DNA of 64,000 bases, from the sequence record NC_061444.1; one strand, given 5' to 3'. This document shows positions 28,201 to 36,744 of the stretch, piece after piece. Made by a program: the position numbers and the translations under genes. The notes beneath the pieces are model-generated. The model was not told the DNA's origin. It worked only from the letters and a program-made list of their open reading frames with translations, and searched no databases. Numbering within the stretch: the stretch's first letter is position 1; each line of letters starts with the position of its first letter.

Positions 28201-31057
28201 TATCAACGTTGAACGTACCAGTTTGCAGATAGCTCAGGCCGACGATGAAGATTGTGTTACGAGGTGACTGAGAGATCACATCGTACATACGTTCTTCGCC
28301 CCACGTGTTCACAGTGTCAGCAGTGATAGGCACTGCGTTCCAACCGTTAACGATTTTGTGGAGGTCGTCACACCAGTTCGCTACGAGGTTAGACGGACAG
28401 ATGATCAGAGGACGAATGTTCTCTTCACCTAAATCGTCAAGCTCTTTGATAGTCGCAGCGATATCAGTCAGACCGATAATCGTCTTACCACCACCAGGCG
28501 CGATAAAGATTGTTGCAAAGCGCGGACGACGACGCAGTGTTTTGTGCGCTTCGACCTGATGCGGCAGTAACGCTGCACCATCTTTCAGACCCGGAATACG
28601 GATATCATCAATCGTGATACCGCTATCAGGTTTCAGGCGTTCGATCTCAGCCTCAGCGGATTCGAAAATCTCAAGAGCTTTAGGAATCACGTCGCTGTAC
28701 ATCGTGGCGAACGGCAGAATGATTTGTTGCAGACGGCCAGAGCCGGGCGCTTGTTCGCTTTCAATCAGAGAGCTAAACAGTTTCTTACGATCAGCACGTA
28801 CCAGAGACTGTGCCATTTCACGATACAGCGCACCACCGAAGTAGTTGTTGAGTCGTGCCATGTCAGACAGTTTGGACTTCTCACCCATCACGAAGTAGTG
28901 AGTGTGTGACGGCAGAGATTCGGTTGCAGCCTGAATGCTCCCCATCTCGCTCATGCTGGTGGCAATCAGGTTAGAGCCACGCAGACCAGCAGCATCGTTC
29001 AGCACACGAATCATGATGCGAAGCATGGTCAGTGCAGGACGTTCGTTTGCCAGATCAGGTACAGAGAAGTCGTTAGCGATCAGATTCTCGTACAGGTCTT
29101 TGTCCATCGGGCTTTCAGACAGGGACGCGTTTTCTGCATCCATACCGATTGCTTTACGCGCGTTCTCCACCAGCGTTTTCAGGTCAGGAACTTGTTTGTT
29201 CTTGAGCATGAACTCGTAGGTCTGACACGTCTGCGCAATGATGTTCAACAGCTCAGGCAGATTAGAACCTTCGGTGGAGTTGAACTTGATTGTGGATTCA
29301 CTCACACTCTCAACCAACTTGCCACTGCCGGATTCAACCTTAGCAGCTTCGATCATCGTGTCATACGATGGACGATACAACGCCATACCGCCAGATGCCT
29401 GATTGTGATAGATGTTGCCAATCACGTTCGTGGCTGAGCGGAAGTTCGGTGCTTCACCAGGCTCTGCGAAGTCGTAGCCTAAAGCATCAGCAACGTCCAG
29501 AGAGTTCGGCGCTTTCATACCGACAGTACGCGTTTCGTTAACTGCCAGCCCACCGCCGTTCGAGGTGTTTACGATCAGCGAGAAGTCAGGGTCGATACCG
29601 ATACACACGTCACTGAAACGAGTCAGAGACTTAGCTTTCGCCTGAATGTCACGGTCGAAGTCCAGATTCTTGTTCTGGATAGCGAACATGTTAGTACGCA
29701 GCGTGTCGTGTTCGGTAGACAGTGGAATACCTTTCTCGAACAGGTCTTCAAGCACACCGTTCAAGGAGGTTTCGTACTGCTTGACCATTTCGAGGTCAAT
29801 GTCTTCACGACGAGGCAGCACAGCCATTGTACCGTTCGGCATGATAGTCATACCGTTCTCGTCTGCGACCACATCATTCACGGCGTAACCGAACTTCTCA
29901 CGCAGCTTCTTCAATTCAGGCAGAGAAGTAGCAGACGTTACATAGCGCGGGATACGTGCAGCACGAGTGATACCAGTACGAGTAGAACCAGCAACACGGA
30001 AGTAGTAGCTTGCCCAGCCCTGGAACCAACGATACAGACACATGGTCTGAGTGTCAGCACCCTGAGAGATGTACTCAACCATCTCTTTCTCGAAGTTAAC
30101 GATCAGGCCACCTTCAACGCGAACGTCGGTAGCGAGTGCCACTTCGTTAAAATCGACAGGAGTGTCAGGACTGATCTTCATCGCCTGAATCTTACGATCA
30201 ATCATGGCCTTGCCGGGGATTGAACGAATACCGATAGTCATGAAGTCACCCAGACCATCGACTACAGGCTTCTCCAGATTGCGGAACAGGTCGATATCAA
30301 TGTTGTGCATTGAAGGGTGAATAGAACGCAGAGCAGCGTTATACACAGACCAGTCTTTGTCGAGAGGGATGCGCACCATCTTGGTGTCGAACGCATTACC
30401 GTTAGTACGGTCAACGCCGAAGATATCTTTGTAGATAGTCTTCGCAACACGAATTGCCTGTTGAGCAATGTCAGCGCTGTACGTGCGCAGGTTAGCGCTT
30501 TCGAAGTTCGCATCGTTATCAACACGAGGACGGTCGCTACCCTGATTGTTCAGAACGTTGAAGTTACCGTTCGAAGCCAGCGGGCTAGTCGGGCACGGAG
30601 TACCTGACATGATGATATCTTTACCGCCAGGGAAGCGCGTACTGTTTTCGATGATAGCACCAGAGGAAGAAGACAGGTGCTCGGCGAGAGCAGTCTTAAT
30701 CTCACGGCTCAGCTTATCACCGTTAAGCAGCATATTGATTTTCAGCGTAGACGCGTCGATGTTATTCTTAACGCGCTTCTGGAAATCTTCAGGTGCTACT
30801 TCCAGCATGTCTTCGAACTCTGCACCGTTCACAACGATGTAGTTAATCAGGTCGAAAGCCGCATAGATACGTGCCACGGTTGATGCGGTAAACACTGCGA
30901 GGGCTTCGTAGTTACGACGAGACTTCCCTGTAGCGTACATCTTCGATGTTTTCGCATCAAACTCGGGCGGCAACGGACGAATAGCAAGCGCCTGATTAAA
31001 CGTATCGGCGATTTGCTGAGTCGCTGTTGCTGACACACTAATCATCTGATTCATCAT
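25205..31057 (-). CDS. Giant SNF2/SWI2-family helicase/ATPase
   Basis: 1950 aa; PHQVEA, APGGGKT, LIICPSNLVANW, DESHKVKN, ATGT, EGHNMQ, DTPWSP, QSTARIFR; ~800-aa unknown N-terminal region starting MMNQMISVSA. Confidence 0.85.
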   Translation of the reverse strand: MMNQMISVSATATQQIADTFNQALAIRPLPPEFDAKTSKMYATGKSRRNYEALAVFTASTVARIYAAFDLINYIVVNGAEFEDMLEVAPEDFQKRVKNNIDASTLKINMLLNGDKLSREIKTALAEHLSSSSGAIIENSTRFPGGKDIIMSGTPCPTSPLASNGNFNVLNNQGSDRPRVDNDANFESANLRTYSADIAQQAIRVAKTIYKDIFGVDRTNGNAFDTKMVRIPLDKDWSVYNAALRSIHPSMHNIDIDLFRNLEKPVVDGLGDFMTIGIRSIPGKAMIDRKIQAMKISPDTPVDFNEVALATDVRVEGGLIVNFEKEMVEYISQGADTQTMCLYRWFQGWASYYFRVAGSTRTGITRAARIPRYVTSATSLPELKKLREKFGYAVNDVVADENGMTIMPNGTMAVLPRREDIDLEMVKQYETSLNGVLEDLFEKGIPLSTEHDTLRTNMFAIQNKNLDFDRDIQAKAKSLTRFSDVCIGIDPDFSLIVNTSNGGGLAVNETRTVGMKAPNSLDVADALGYDFAEPGEAPNFRSATNVIGNIYHNQASGGMALYRPSYDTMIEAAKVESGSGKLVESVSESTIKFNSTEGSNLPELLNIIAQTCQTYEFMLKNKQVPDLKTLVENARKAIGMDAENASLSESPMDKDLYENLIANDFSVPDLANERPALTMLRIMIRVLNDAAGLRGSNLIATSMSEMGSIQAATESLPSHTHYFVMGEKSKLSDMARLNNYFGGALYREMAQSLVRADRKKLFSSLIESEQAPGSGRLQQIILPFATMYSDVIPKALEIFESAEAEIERLKPDSGITIDDIRIPGLKDGAALLPHQVEAHKTLRRRPRFATIFIAPGGGKTIIGLTDIAATIKELDDLGEENIRPLIICPSNLVANWCDDLHKIVNGWNAVPITADTVNTWGEERMYDVISQSPRNTIFIVGLSYLQTGTFNVDIGGVRVRVRGAVEFVNRFKFSYVLLDESHKVKNFSGGQSGSQVHFNTKAVFTAPSVRYARIATGTLVTDRVRDIVGQAALMTPAMFGDSLDVAYDGAKDDIEMIRRAHSRMANHTAFISFKRKHWAFMLPNPIDTFIQVEIDDPSVPNSALHQEVYNAMYAEVLEKLDEAAKAAKRKSGGSSDDDDDEAGGGDSDSASDIDEDEIEEGDDLGALLAGNADLNMYFQRMEMMLTDPMGDDVARMTFEAAGVTHFTSAKVLTIIDRIKKHFEVQPERDPMVGEQQIFEWKPGVEPRELDIAVYNGQKYLARKQSEEFKRQVLPPSMTPPPDDPDYWKPEVQGKLIVFTRYVRAANAIYNALPANYKKVAVVYHGEVGKLGQNKDANLDAFKTDNNVQILIANEQAISEGHNMQMGSRIIRCDTPWSPGTYDQSTARIFRPDVAAAKLDENGKPGDMAREVVFIDWVMTNKTLEVGKVARLMWKTLEKTRFDEKGNQRYEALDQYKLDPIKMSAKLLIDNNTMDDFREYFYAKRDLNEIESQEFQEMRKTTIAAMQALPATPALTDFRVMEQTPLVANQKIPDRNGWGTERILDWARNRNFTSGEGLKDSLNRAPVVTEFGNGVVVSVTVRMVDGKLRGDSPISTVRVRLAGTGETVAIPATKVHIATKVDKNDLKRFFEQRKPWANEKDRKRANAEANRVEVEDTVLDETQTADTKETEKKVEAQARKAARVAKRVANKEEGKPINEGVEEAAKKVRRRKPSELKVLDNTTRRAKPGAITAVDDMGGADMALELTPTVYNGFVALYADATDPDAKALKSFDFTEFGDYVYYDCAYYDDFVAMLDFIEGKRLSFDRMSEKRLEFIQDSFDETHARMGFNYKLAVKLQSQLQQFFLVRHKTATDKKHVKAYPMVMEDRLRIMFDLKTNPQMKRFVGTKVPNTRKFGTFDLSPGMWIGFVKNAAGAKARINKIAKAGYTITNIKKAIQGIDKLKLTASKNKSV

Positions 31058-31548
31058 TCACCCAGTTTGGTATAGTTGTCGATTACTGATTGCCACACGC
31101 TTGGAACAGGCAAGCGACGATCAGCAGCAAGATCAGACAGCACTACTGCCAGAGCGTAGGCTCGAAGAGGGTTCAACCCTTCAAACTTATCGCGCGTAAA
31201 CACAGACATGAGTTGATCGTTTGTCAGTGTCTGATATTGCAGGCGATACTCGGACAGATAAGCGCGGTACTTGCCGTCATCAACTGGCGTTGTATCAGGT
31301 ACGCTCTGAATGGACAGCAATGCTTTCGCAAGGGCATCCATAATCAAGAGCAGATCAGCCTGATCAAACGGAGTGATATCCGGCACGTTAGAACGGCCCA
31401 ACAGTTCGAGAACTGATTGAGGCAGTTGAATAGGCTCTCGCGCCTCAGAGATAGACTTCATGATTTCTCCAGCCGCATTTGCGTAGCGCTTATCGCTAGT
31501 CGCAATACCGGACAGCAGAGTATGAAGCCGCGAGTTTACGTCAATCAC
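31054..31548 (-). CDS. Hypothetical protein
   Basis: Start moved to GTG 31548 (AGGAGA RBS, removes the 218-nt overlap with the upstream gene); 164 aa. Confidence 0.6.
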   Translation of the reverse strand: MIDVNSRLHTLLSGIATSDKRYANAAGEIMKSISEAREPIQLPQSVLELLGRSNVPDITPFDQADLLLIMDALAKALLSIQSVPDTTPVDDGKYRAYLSEYRLQYQTLTNDQLMSVFTRDKFEGLNPLRAYALAVVLSDLAADRRLPVPSVWQSVIDNYTKLGE

Positions 31549-31558
31549 GGTTCTTCTC

Positions 31559-32341
31559 CTAAATAAAAATGCTCTTGACCAAAGAGTTGAGCTTCTTCTC
31601 CACAGCATGACGTTTGTACGAGGACAAGAAACAACACAGTCTGCGTGATTGAAGGTGCAGTGCGATTGCATTACCCTTAACACGCATACAGTCCACACCC
31701 TGTTCCATACTCCAAGGATGCCAAGACCGAGGCGACAGCATTGCTTGTTGAATTGAAGGATAAGTGTCCGGCACAACAGGCAGGGGAGACTTTGCCAGTT
31801 TCTTCGTCAAATTATCAGTTTTGAACAAAGCCTTTGGTTCTTTGTTCGAAAACCAGTAAGGAACCTGCTTATGCAGCAGCTCACCAATCTTGGGTATGCC
31901 GCCACGAGTCGTCTGTGGTACATACACCAGATAGATATCGATCGTGGTGTTGATGCAGTTAGCAACTCGGTTGTAGTCGCTATCAGTTCGACTATGTACT
32001 TCCGCCAGACGAAACTTGTTGCTGAACTCAATACGTTGCAGCCACTGTTTCAGGTCACGCTGTTGAAGCTGGAGCAAGGTCTTAGCCTGCTCGATAGAAT
32101 GCTTCGTGATAGGCGGAACAGGACGCAGCAGAAACTGAGTGCTGGTCTTTGCGAGAGAAGACAGGAAGCCTTCTACCACGCGTTGCATACCTAGAGGCTG
32201 CGGCAGTGAGTGAAACAGATCAATCGCAGTCTGCGTAGAGATGAATGCTCCCCACGCTTCGATATACTCAGGGCTGACGCAATCAGGAAAGTTGCGTAAG
32301 TCCAACCCAACGTCTGAGCCATATTTTTTCAAACGACTCAC
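31559..32341 (-). CDS. Hypothetical protein
   Basis: 260 aa, GTGA overlap with HNH stop. Confidence 0.65.
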   Translation of the reverse strand: MSRLKKYGSDVGLDLRNFPDCVSPEYIEAWGAFISTQTAIDLFHSLPQPLGMQRVVEGFLSSLAKTSTQFLLRPVPPITKHSIEQAKTLLQLQQRDLKQWLQRIEFSNKFRLAEVHSRTDSDYNRVANCINTTIDIYLVYVPQTTRGGIPKIGELLHKQVPYWFSNKEPKALFKTDNLTKKLAKSPLPVVPDTYPSIQQAMLSPRSWHPWSMEQGVDCMRVKGNAIALHLQSRRLCCFLSSYKRHAVEKKLNSLVKSIFI

Positions 32342-32703
32342 CGTCTACCTCCATGAAGCAGTCTTGAGCCACGGCGGTTGTCACTACCTATCTGGTTGTT
32401 GTCACAGTTGTAGCACAGCAGTTCAAGGTTGTGCTTCATGTTCGAACCGCCCTTGGCATGTCCAACTTTGTGGTTAAGAATAAGCTGGGCAGTCGGTACG
32501 CCACAGCGTTCACAGAACTGACCGCGCTCGTCAATGATACTCATTTTAAGACGAGTCCAATCTGTTCTATCCATTCGAACGTGAGTGCCTACGCGAGCAC
32601 GTTCAAAACCAGTAACACCTGCAAGACGTTGAGAGGTAGACATGCTACGACCGCGCCCACCCATCTGTCTTGCAGCAATACCACCCTTAGGTCTGTATGC
32701 CAT
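32338..32703 (-). CDS. HNH endonuclease
   Basis: CERCG...LNHKVGHAKGGSNMKHNLELLCYNCDN with two CxxC pairs. Confidence 0.85.
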   Translation of the reverse strand: MAYRPKGGIAARQMGGRGRSMSTSQRLAGVTGFERARVGTHVRMDRTDWTRLKMSIIDERGQFCERCGVPTAQLILNHKVGHAKGGSNMKHNLELLCYNCDNNQIGSDNRRGSRLLHGGRR

Positions 32704-32725
32704 ATTATTCTCCTAAATACAGTTA

Positions 32726-32734
32726 TATTTACAG
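32726..32734 (-). promoter_or_regulatory. Putative phage promoter motif A (CTGTAAATA)
   Basis: Exact motif 23 nt upstream of HNH start. Confidence 0.5.
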
Positions 32735-32738
32735 ACTC

Positions 32739-33566
32739 TTAGGCGCTCGCACTGAATATCTGCACGGTCTTTGTTAGACTCGCTTGATAGGACTGTTCTA
32801 CGTCTTTTGCTGCGCGTCTGATAATAGCCTGAACTGCATTCTGTGCTGCGTTAACGAGTTCGATAGGCAGGTTCTTTTTGTTCCATGCGTTCACTTGGTG
32901 GAACACACTAACCAGAATAGTACCAGACGATTCAGCGAACGGTCCCAGCACTTCTTCATTCAGAATCTCACCCAGCTGGCCTACGTCACGCAATGCGCGA
33001 AGGTCTGCAATGATTTCACGCATCTGGTTATAGAGTTGCATCAGCGCATAGATATCACGGCTCTGCAATTTCTCTTTGTAGTTCTTCTCACACAAACGAG
33101 CCATGTCCTGACACTGTTTGAACATCGTCATGTATTCGGCGATCTGTTCGTTCTCTTGCTTGATAACGTCAGGTACATCAGCCATTGCTTCGATGAACTG
33201 CCCTTCAAGCGCAACGATATCATTGCTCAGGCTCTTTTTATCTTTCTTCTTTTTCTTTTTGATCGTGTCTACAGCGTTCTCTTTCTTTTTCTTCTTCGGC
33301 TTCTTCACAGGGTCAGCGTCAGGAGCAGGAAGAGATTTGATTGCCTTTTGTGTTGCTGCAATGTCAGCATAGAAGTCACCAGCATCGGTGTTCTGAGGCA
33401 GCACATCATTAGAGGGATCAGACTTCTTTTTCTTTTTGACCTTAACGCCTTTGCTAACTGTCTTAGCTTTCTTGACGGTGGTCTTAGCTTTAACTTTCGC
33501 CTTGCTTTTCTTTTTAGCAGCAGATTGTGCGAAAGAGCCAATGTCATCCAAGCTTATGGCCGCCAT
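32739..33566 (-). CDS. Lys-rich N-terminal, helical C-terminal protein (terminase small subunit is one possibility)
   Basis: 275 aa; poly-Lys tracts followed by long helices; adjacent to HNH; function call weak. Confidence 0.35.
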   Translation of the reverse strand: MAAISLDDIGSFAQSAAKKKSKAKVKAKTTVKKAKTVSKGVKVKKKKKSDPSNDVLPQNTDAGDFYADIAATQKAIKSLPAPDADPVKKPKKKKKENAVDTIKKKKKKDKKSLSNDIVALEGQFIEAMADVPDVIKQENEQIAEYMTMFKQCQDMARLCEKNYKEKLQSRDIYALMQLYNQMREIIADLRALRDVGQLGEILNEEVLGPFAESSGTILVSVFHQVNAWNKKNLPIELVNAAQNAVQAIIRRAAKDVEQSYQASLTKTVQIFSASA

Positions 33567-33588
33567 GTGAAAATCCTCGATAGAAATG

Positions 33589-33616
33589 AAAAAGGGAACC
33601 CCGCGAGGCTCCCTTT
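33589..33616 (-). terminator. Rho-independent terminator
   Basis: GGGAGCC-loop-GGTTCCC-TTTTT. Confidence 0.75.
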
Positions 33617-33625
33617 AGGGTTTGA

Positions 33626-34432
33626 TTAGAAGCTATGACCTTTGATGATCGATGCAATCTTACCGTAGTATTCCGGGCTGTAGCGGAACACTTTAGCGTA
33701 GTAGTCCAGCAGCTTCGGTACGTCAACGCCAGCAGCAGCAGACACGCTATCGATCTCAGGGAACTGGCGCTCGTCCAGCTCGTTACCGGACAGCACAGCT
33801 ACCATGCTCATGGAGCTAATCTGTTCTTCATTACCCTGCTCGTCAACAACGAGGAAGGTGTTGTCGTCAGTTACGTTCGCAGCAACGAAGCCAACTTTCA
33901 GAACACCGCTGTTAGACACGAAGCTAACCATGTCACCGCCAACAGCGCCGGCCAGAATCAGATCGTTACGCGCAATCGCCTGTGCCAGAGTAGGCATAGA
34001 GGTTGACAGAGAAACAGCAGAAGCACCAGACACGGAACGAATCATATCGATCAGTTCAACGTTGTCGTTCGCGCTGCTCTCACGTACCAGTACGTCTTCA
34101 CCGCTTTCGCTGCGACGAATCGCCCACATGCGTTCTGACTTGTCCATGTACATGTTCTTGGACAGCGCCTGGAACTCGTCACCCATCTGAGACACAGGGA
34201 TAACGTCCTGCATACGATTCAGAATGGTGCGGACGAAGCTGGTGGTTTTACCCTGCTCGATCATGGATGACGCACCTTCAACAGGCATGTATTCACGATT
34301 GCAGGAAGCGCTTACGATAGCGCCGAAGTTGTCAGCGATGTTTTCACCGACGTTGTGAGTCACTTGCACGATAGCCACGCTCTGGGAGTCGTTGAGCGCG
34401 TCAATCTGTTTGATGAAAGCCTTCATTGTCAT
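33626..34432 (-). CDS. Hypothetical, probably head-associated structural protein
   Basis: 268 aa; AGGAGA RBS; preceded by motif B; internal SAVSLS and IDSVSA resemble the shared S-x-S motif. Confidence 0.5.
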   Translation of the reverse strand: MTMKAFIKQIDALNDSQSVAIVQVTHNVGENIADNFGAIVSASCNREYMPVEGASSMIEQGKTTSFVRTILNRMQDVIPVSQMGDEFQALSKNMYMDKSERMWAIRRSESGEDVLVRESSANDNVELIDMIRSVSGASAVSLSTSMPTLAQAIARNDLILAGAVGGDMVSFVSNSGVLKVGFVAANVTDDNTFLVVDEQGNEEQISSMSMVAVLSGNELDERQFPEIDSVSAAAGVDVPKLLDYYAKVFRYSPEYYGKIASIIKGHSF

Positions 34433-34453
34433 CTCCTGAATGTTTCGACAATT

Positions 34454-34461
34454 GAAATTAG
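34454..34461 (-). promoter_or_regulatory. Putative phage promoter motif B (CTAATTT)
   Basis: CTAATTTC, 22 nt upstream of start 34432. Confidence 0.5.
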
Positions 34462-34472
34462 TAAACTTAGGG

Positions 34473-35636
34473 TTAGCCTGTCACGCGATACCGCGCATTG
34501 ACCCAGATACTGCGGTTACCAACAGTAGCCCATTTGGTTGTTGGGCTGTTTGTGATGCCGAGCTTGCCAAGTGCGCGAGCACCGTCAATCGCACCAGAAC
34601 CCTGAGAACCATCACCGTCGTTGATTCCGGCCTTAGACAGTTTGTTCTTCAAGTTCGTAACAGGACCTTGAATCTCCGTTTCGAGTCTGCCTAACGCAGC
34701 TTCGATAGAAGGTGTTCGGTCCATGTTCAAGTTAACTACCTGACCTGTGAAGTCAAATGCTAACTGTCCTTCTGCCTGTAGTTGAGCAGCAAGCGCATAG
34801 TAGCAGCTACAGATAACCCAACCGTTCAGGATAGTACCCTGCATGTTCGTGCCGTTAAAGCCAGTAACACGAGGACCTATAGTGTTGAACAACGCAAGAC
34901 CACGGAACAGATAGTTCATGATATCTGCTTGTGTATACTCAAGCTGAGGGATAACATCCATAGCGCGAGCTTTGTTGATGTGGTCTTCAACCATTGACGC
35001 TGCAATAAGAATCTGAGGCGTAATTGCCCACAGCTTATACGTCAGCATCTTAGTTGTCTTGCGTGTCGCAGAGGTGTAGTGTGCGATTAAGCTGATAGGC
35101 TCAAGGCGGCGAGTCGCAACCCACACAGGCACTTGAAACACACAGGTCTTGGCGCGGTTCACAATCATCTTAACACCCGCATCGCCGGAGTCGATATCAG
35201 ATGCAACGATTTGGTTGTTGAGTGCGAGCTGGAATCTCAGCTTATCACCACGCGTGTCAAAGTGAAACGGCAACGTCATCTCAAACGTTTCGTTGTCACC
35301 AAACAGCGTCACGATATCTGTCACACGGTTTTCAGTCAGTGGCTCAACGGTGAGTTCCTGACTCGACTGCATGATTCCTTCTTCGGACTCATAGCGCCAT
35401 TTGACGGTCAGACGTTTATCGTCTACCAGCCCCATGTTTGGAATTGCAACATCAGCAGTCCAGTAGCCCGGTACTTCACCGGGCGTTGCGACTACTTGAG
35501 CCAGCACTGATTTGTCTTCTGGATCAATGAGACTTACGACAGGTCCCATGTCATCCGATAGAGGATAAACAGGCTGGTCTAGATCATCGAAGAAACTTTC
35601 TTCAAGGACCAGTACGTTACCTTCTGTTGTGCGCAT
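34473..35636 (-). CDS. Putative neck/head-tail adaptor-like structural protein
   Basis: Start moved to ATG 35636, directly after the upstream TGA; beta-rich N-terminal half and helical C-terminal half (DIMNYLFRGLALFN, YALAAQLQAEG). Confidence 0.4.
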   Translation of the reverse strand: MRTTEGNVLVLEESFFDDLDQPVYPLSDDMGPVVSLIDPEDKSVLAQVVATPGEVPGYWTADVAIPNMGLVDDKRLTVKWRYESEEGIMQSSQELTVEPLTENRVTDIVTLFGDNETFEMTLPFHFDTRGDKLRFQLALNNQIVASDIDSGDAGVKMIVNRAKTCVFQVPVWVATRRLEPISLIAHYTSATRKTTKMLTYKLWAITPQILIAASMVEDHINKARAMDVIPQLEYTQADIMNYLFRGLALFNTIGPRVTGFNGTNMQGTILNGWVICSCYYALAAQLQAEGQLAFDFTGQVVNLNMDRTPSIEAALGRLETEIQGPVTNLKNKLSKAGINDGDGSQGSGAIDGARALGKLGITNSPTTKWATVGNRSIWVNARYRVTG

Positions 35637-35637
35637 A

Positions 35638-36744
35638 TCAGTCTGCCTTAGTGAGTCCCAGATACTCAATCAGATTGCGTAGCTGGTCGTTATACCCACC
35701 TTCAATAAGCGCTCGTGCCATTGCAACGTGGTTCGAGTTCGCTGTGCGTACTACCTTAGCCTGATACTCAGGAACGTTCTGCATGTTCTGACTCAGGTTA
35801 TAGAAATAGCTACGCACGAAGTTGGTTCGCTCAACGTTGCTTGCTTCCATGTCGCTTGTGTCCTGCGTCGGAGTTAACAGCAAGTAGAGTGCAGCAAGCA
35901 ACTCAGGACTCTGATCGATGATAGGCGACGCCAGCGAAGCAGCAATCTTCGTCAAGCCTCTCGCAACAAAATCAACCACAGTCTTCTCGATGAACTCCGT
36001 GCCGGACTTGCCTACGTTTGGCAAATACAGGCCGGGCAGGATGAAGATACAGAAGTAAAGAGGAAAGTCTTTACGCATCACATCGGGGATAAGCATCTCC
36101 GAGTAGTCTTTCCAGATGTTGATGTTGAAGTGCCATTCATCGTAGGGCACTGTACGCATCAGGTTCGACACAGATAGGTCTTTCACAAGGTTCGCCTGCG
36201 ATGCAAGATCGCGAGCGCTCTGCGAAGGCCCAAGGTTAGAACTTGATACAAGCTGGACGTAGTTGCGAGTGACAGCACCAATAGTGTTGTACACAACGTT
36301 CAGCATCTCAACACCGTTACCGTTCAGTCCGAAGATAACTGAACGAGGAAGACCGATAGTGATGTATTCGTTATTGTTCTCAGTTCCCCACAGTCGCCAG
36401 TAGCGCCCACGGCCAAGCTGAGTCATAGGCTGAGGGAGAATACGGTTAGCGCGAGATTTCAGGCAGAACGTGAAAGCAATGCCACTGTCAATCATGATCA
36501 CTGAATCATCAGGACGATTCGAGTAACCCATCGACATATTGTTGTCAGTGCTAAACACGTTCACCAGAGTGAAGTTCAGAGCCTTGGTGAAAGGCATCTG
36601 CGCTTCAATCAAATAACCGAGAACTTGACGAACGATAGTATCGAGCACATACGGAGAAGCGTTACGCATTTGATTCGGACGATACTGCCCGCTATACGTG
36701 TTCTCCTTGAATGTGCGATCTACCTTGAAGTGCGTTAACGCCAT
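35638..36744 (-). CDS. Hypothetical, probably structural protein
   Basis: 368 aa, TAATG coupling in putative late operon. Confidence 0.55.
   Translation of the reverse strand: MALTHFKVDRTFKENTYSGQYRPNQMRNASPYVLDTIVRQVLGYLIEAQMPFTKALNFTLVNVFSTDNNMSMGYSNRPDDSVIMIDSGIAFTFCLKSRANRILPQPMTQLGRGRYWRLWGTENNNEYITIGLPRSVIFGLNGNGVEMLNVVYNTIGAVTRNYVQLVSSSNLGPSQSARDLASQANLVKDLSVSNLMRTVPYDEWHFNINIWKDYSEMLIPDVMRKDFPLYFCIFILPGLYLPNVGKSGTEFIEKTVVDFVARGLTKIAASLASPIIDQSPELLAALYLLLTPTQDTSDMEASNVERTNFVRSYFYNLSQNMQNVPEYQAKVVRTANSNHVAMARALIEGGYNDQLRNLIEYLGLTKAD

Noticed and set aside
31549-31776. N-terminal extension of ORF 31054..31776 overlapping the upstream gene
   Set aside because: A strong AGGAGA-GTG start at 31548 removes the overlap. 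Similar over-extended starts were trimmed at 7201, 9260, 34473, 42440, 45353, 52856 and 59745.
32784-33629. 281-aa plus-strand ORF and similar hydrophobic ORFs opposite Lys-rich genes (e.g. 38179..38925)
   Set aside because: Complements of AAA/AAG codons give Phe/Leu runs that mimic membrane proteins.
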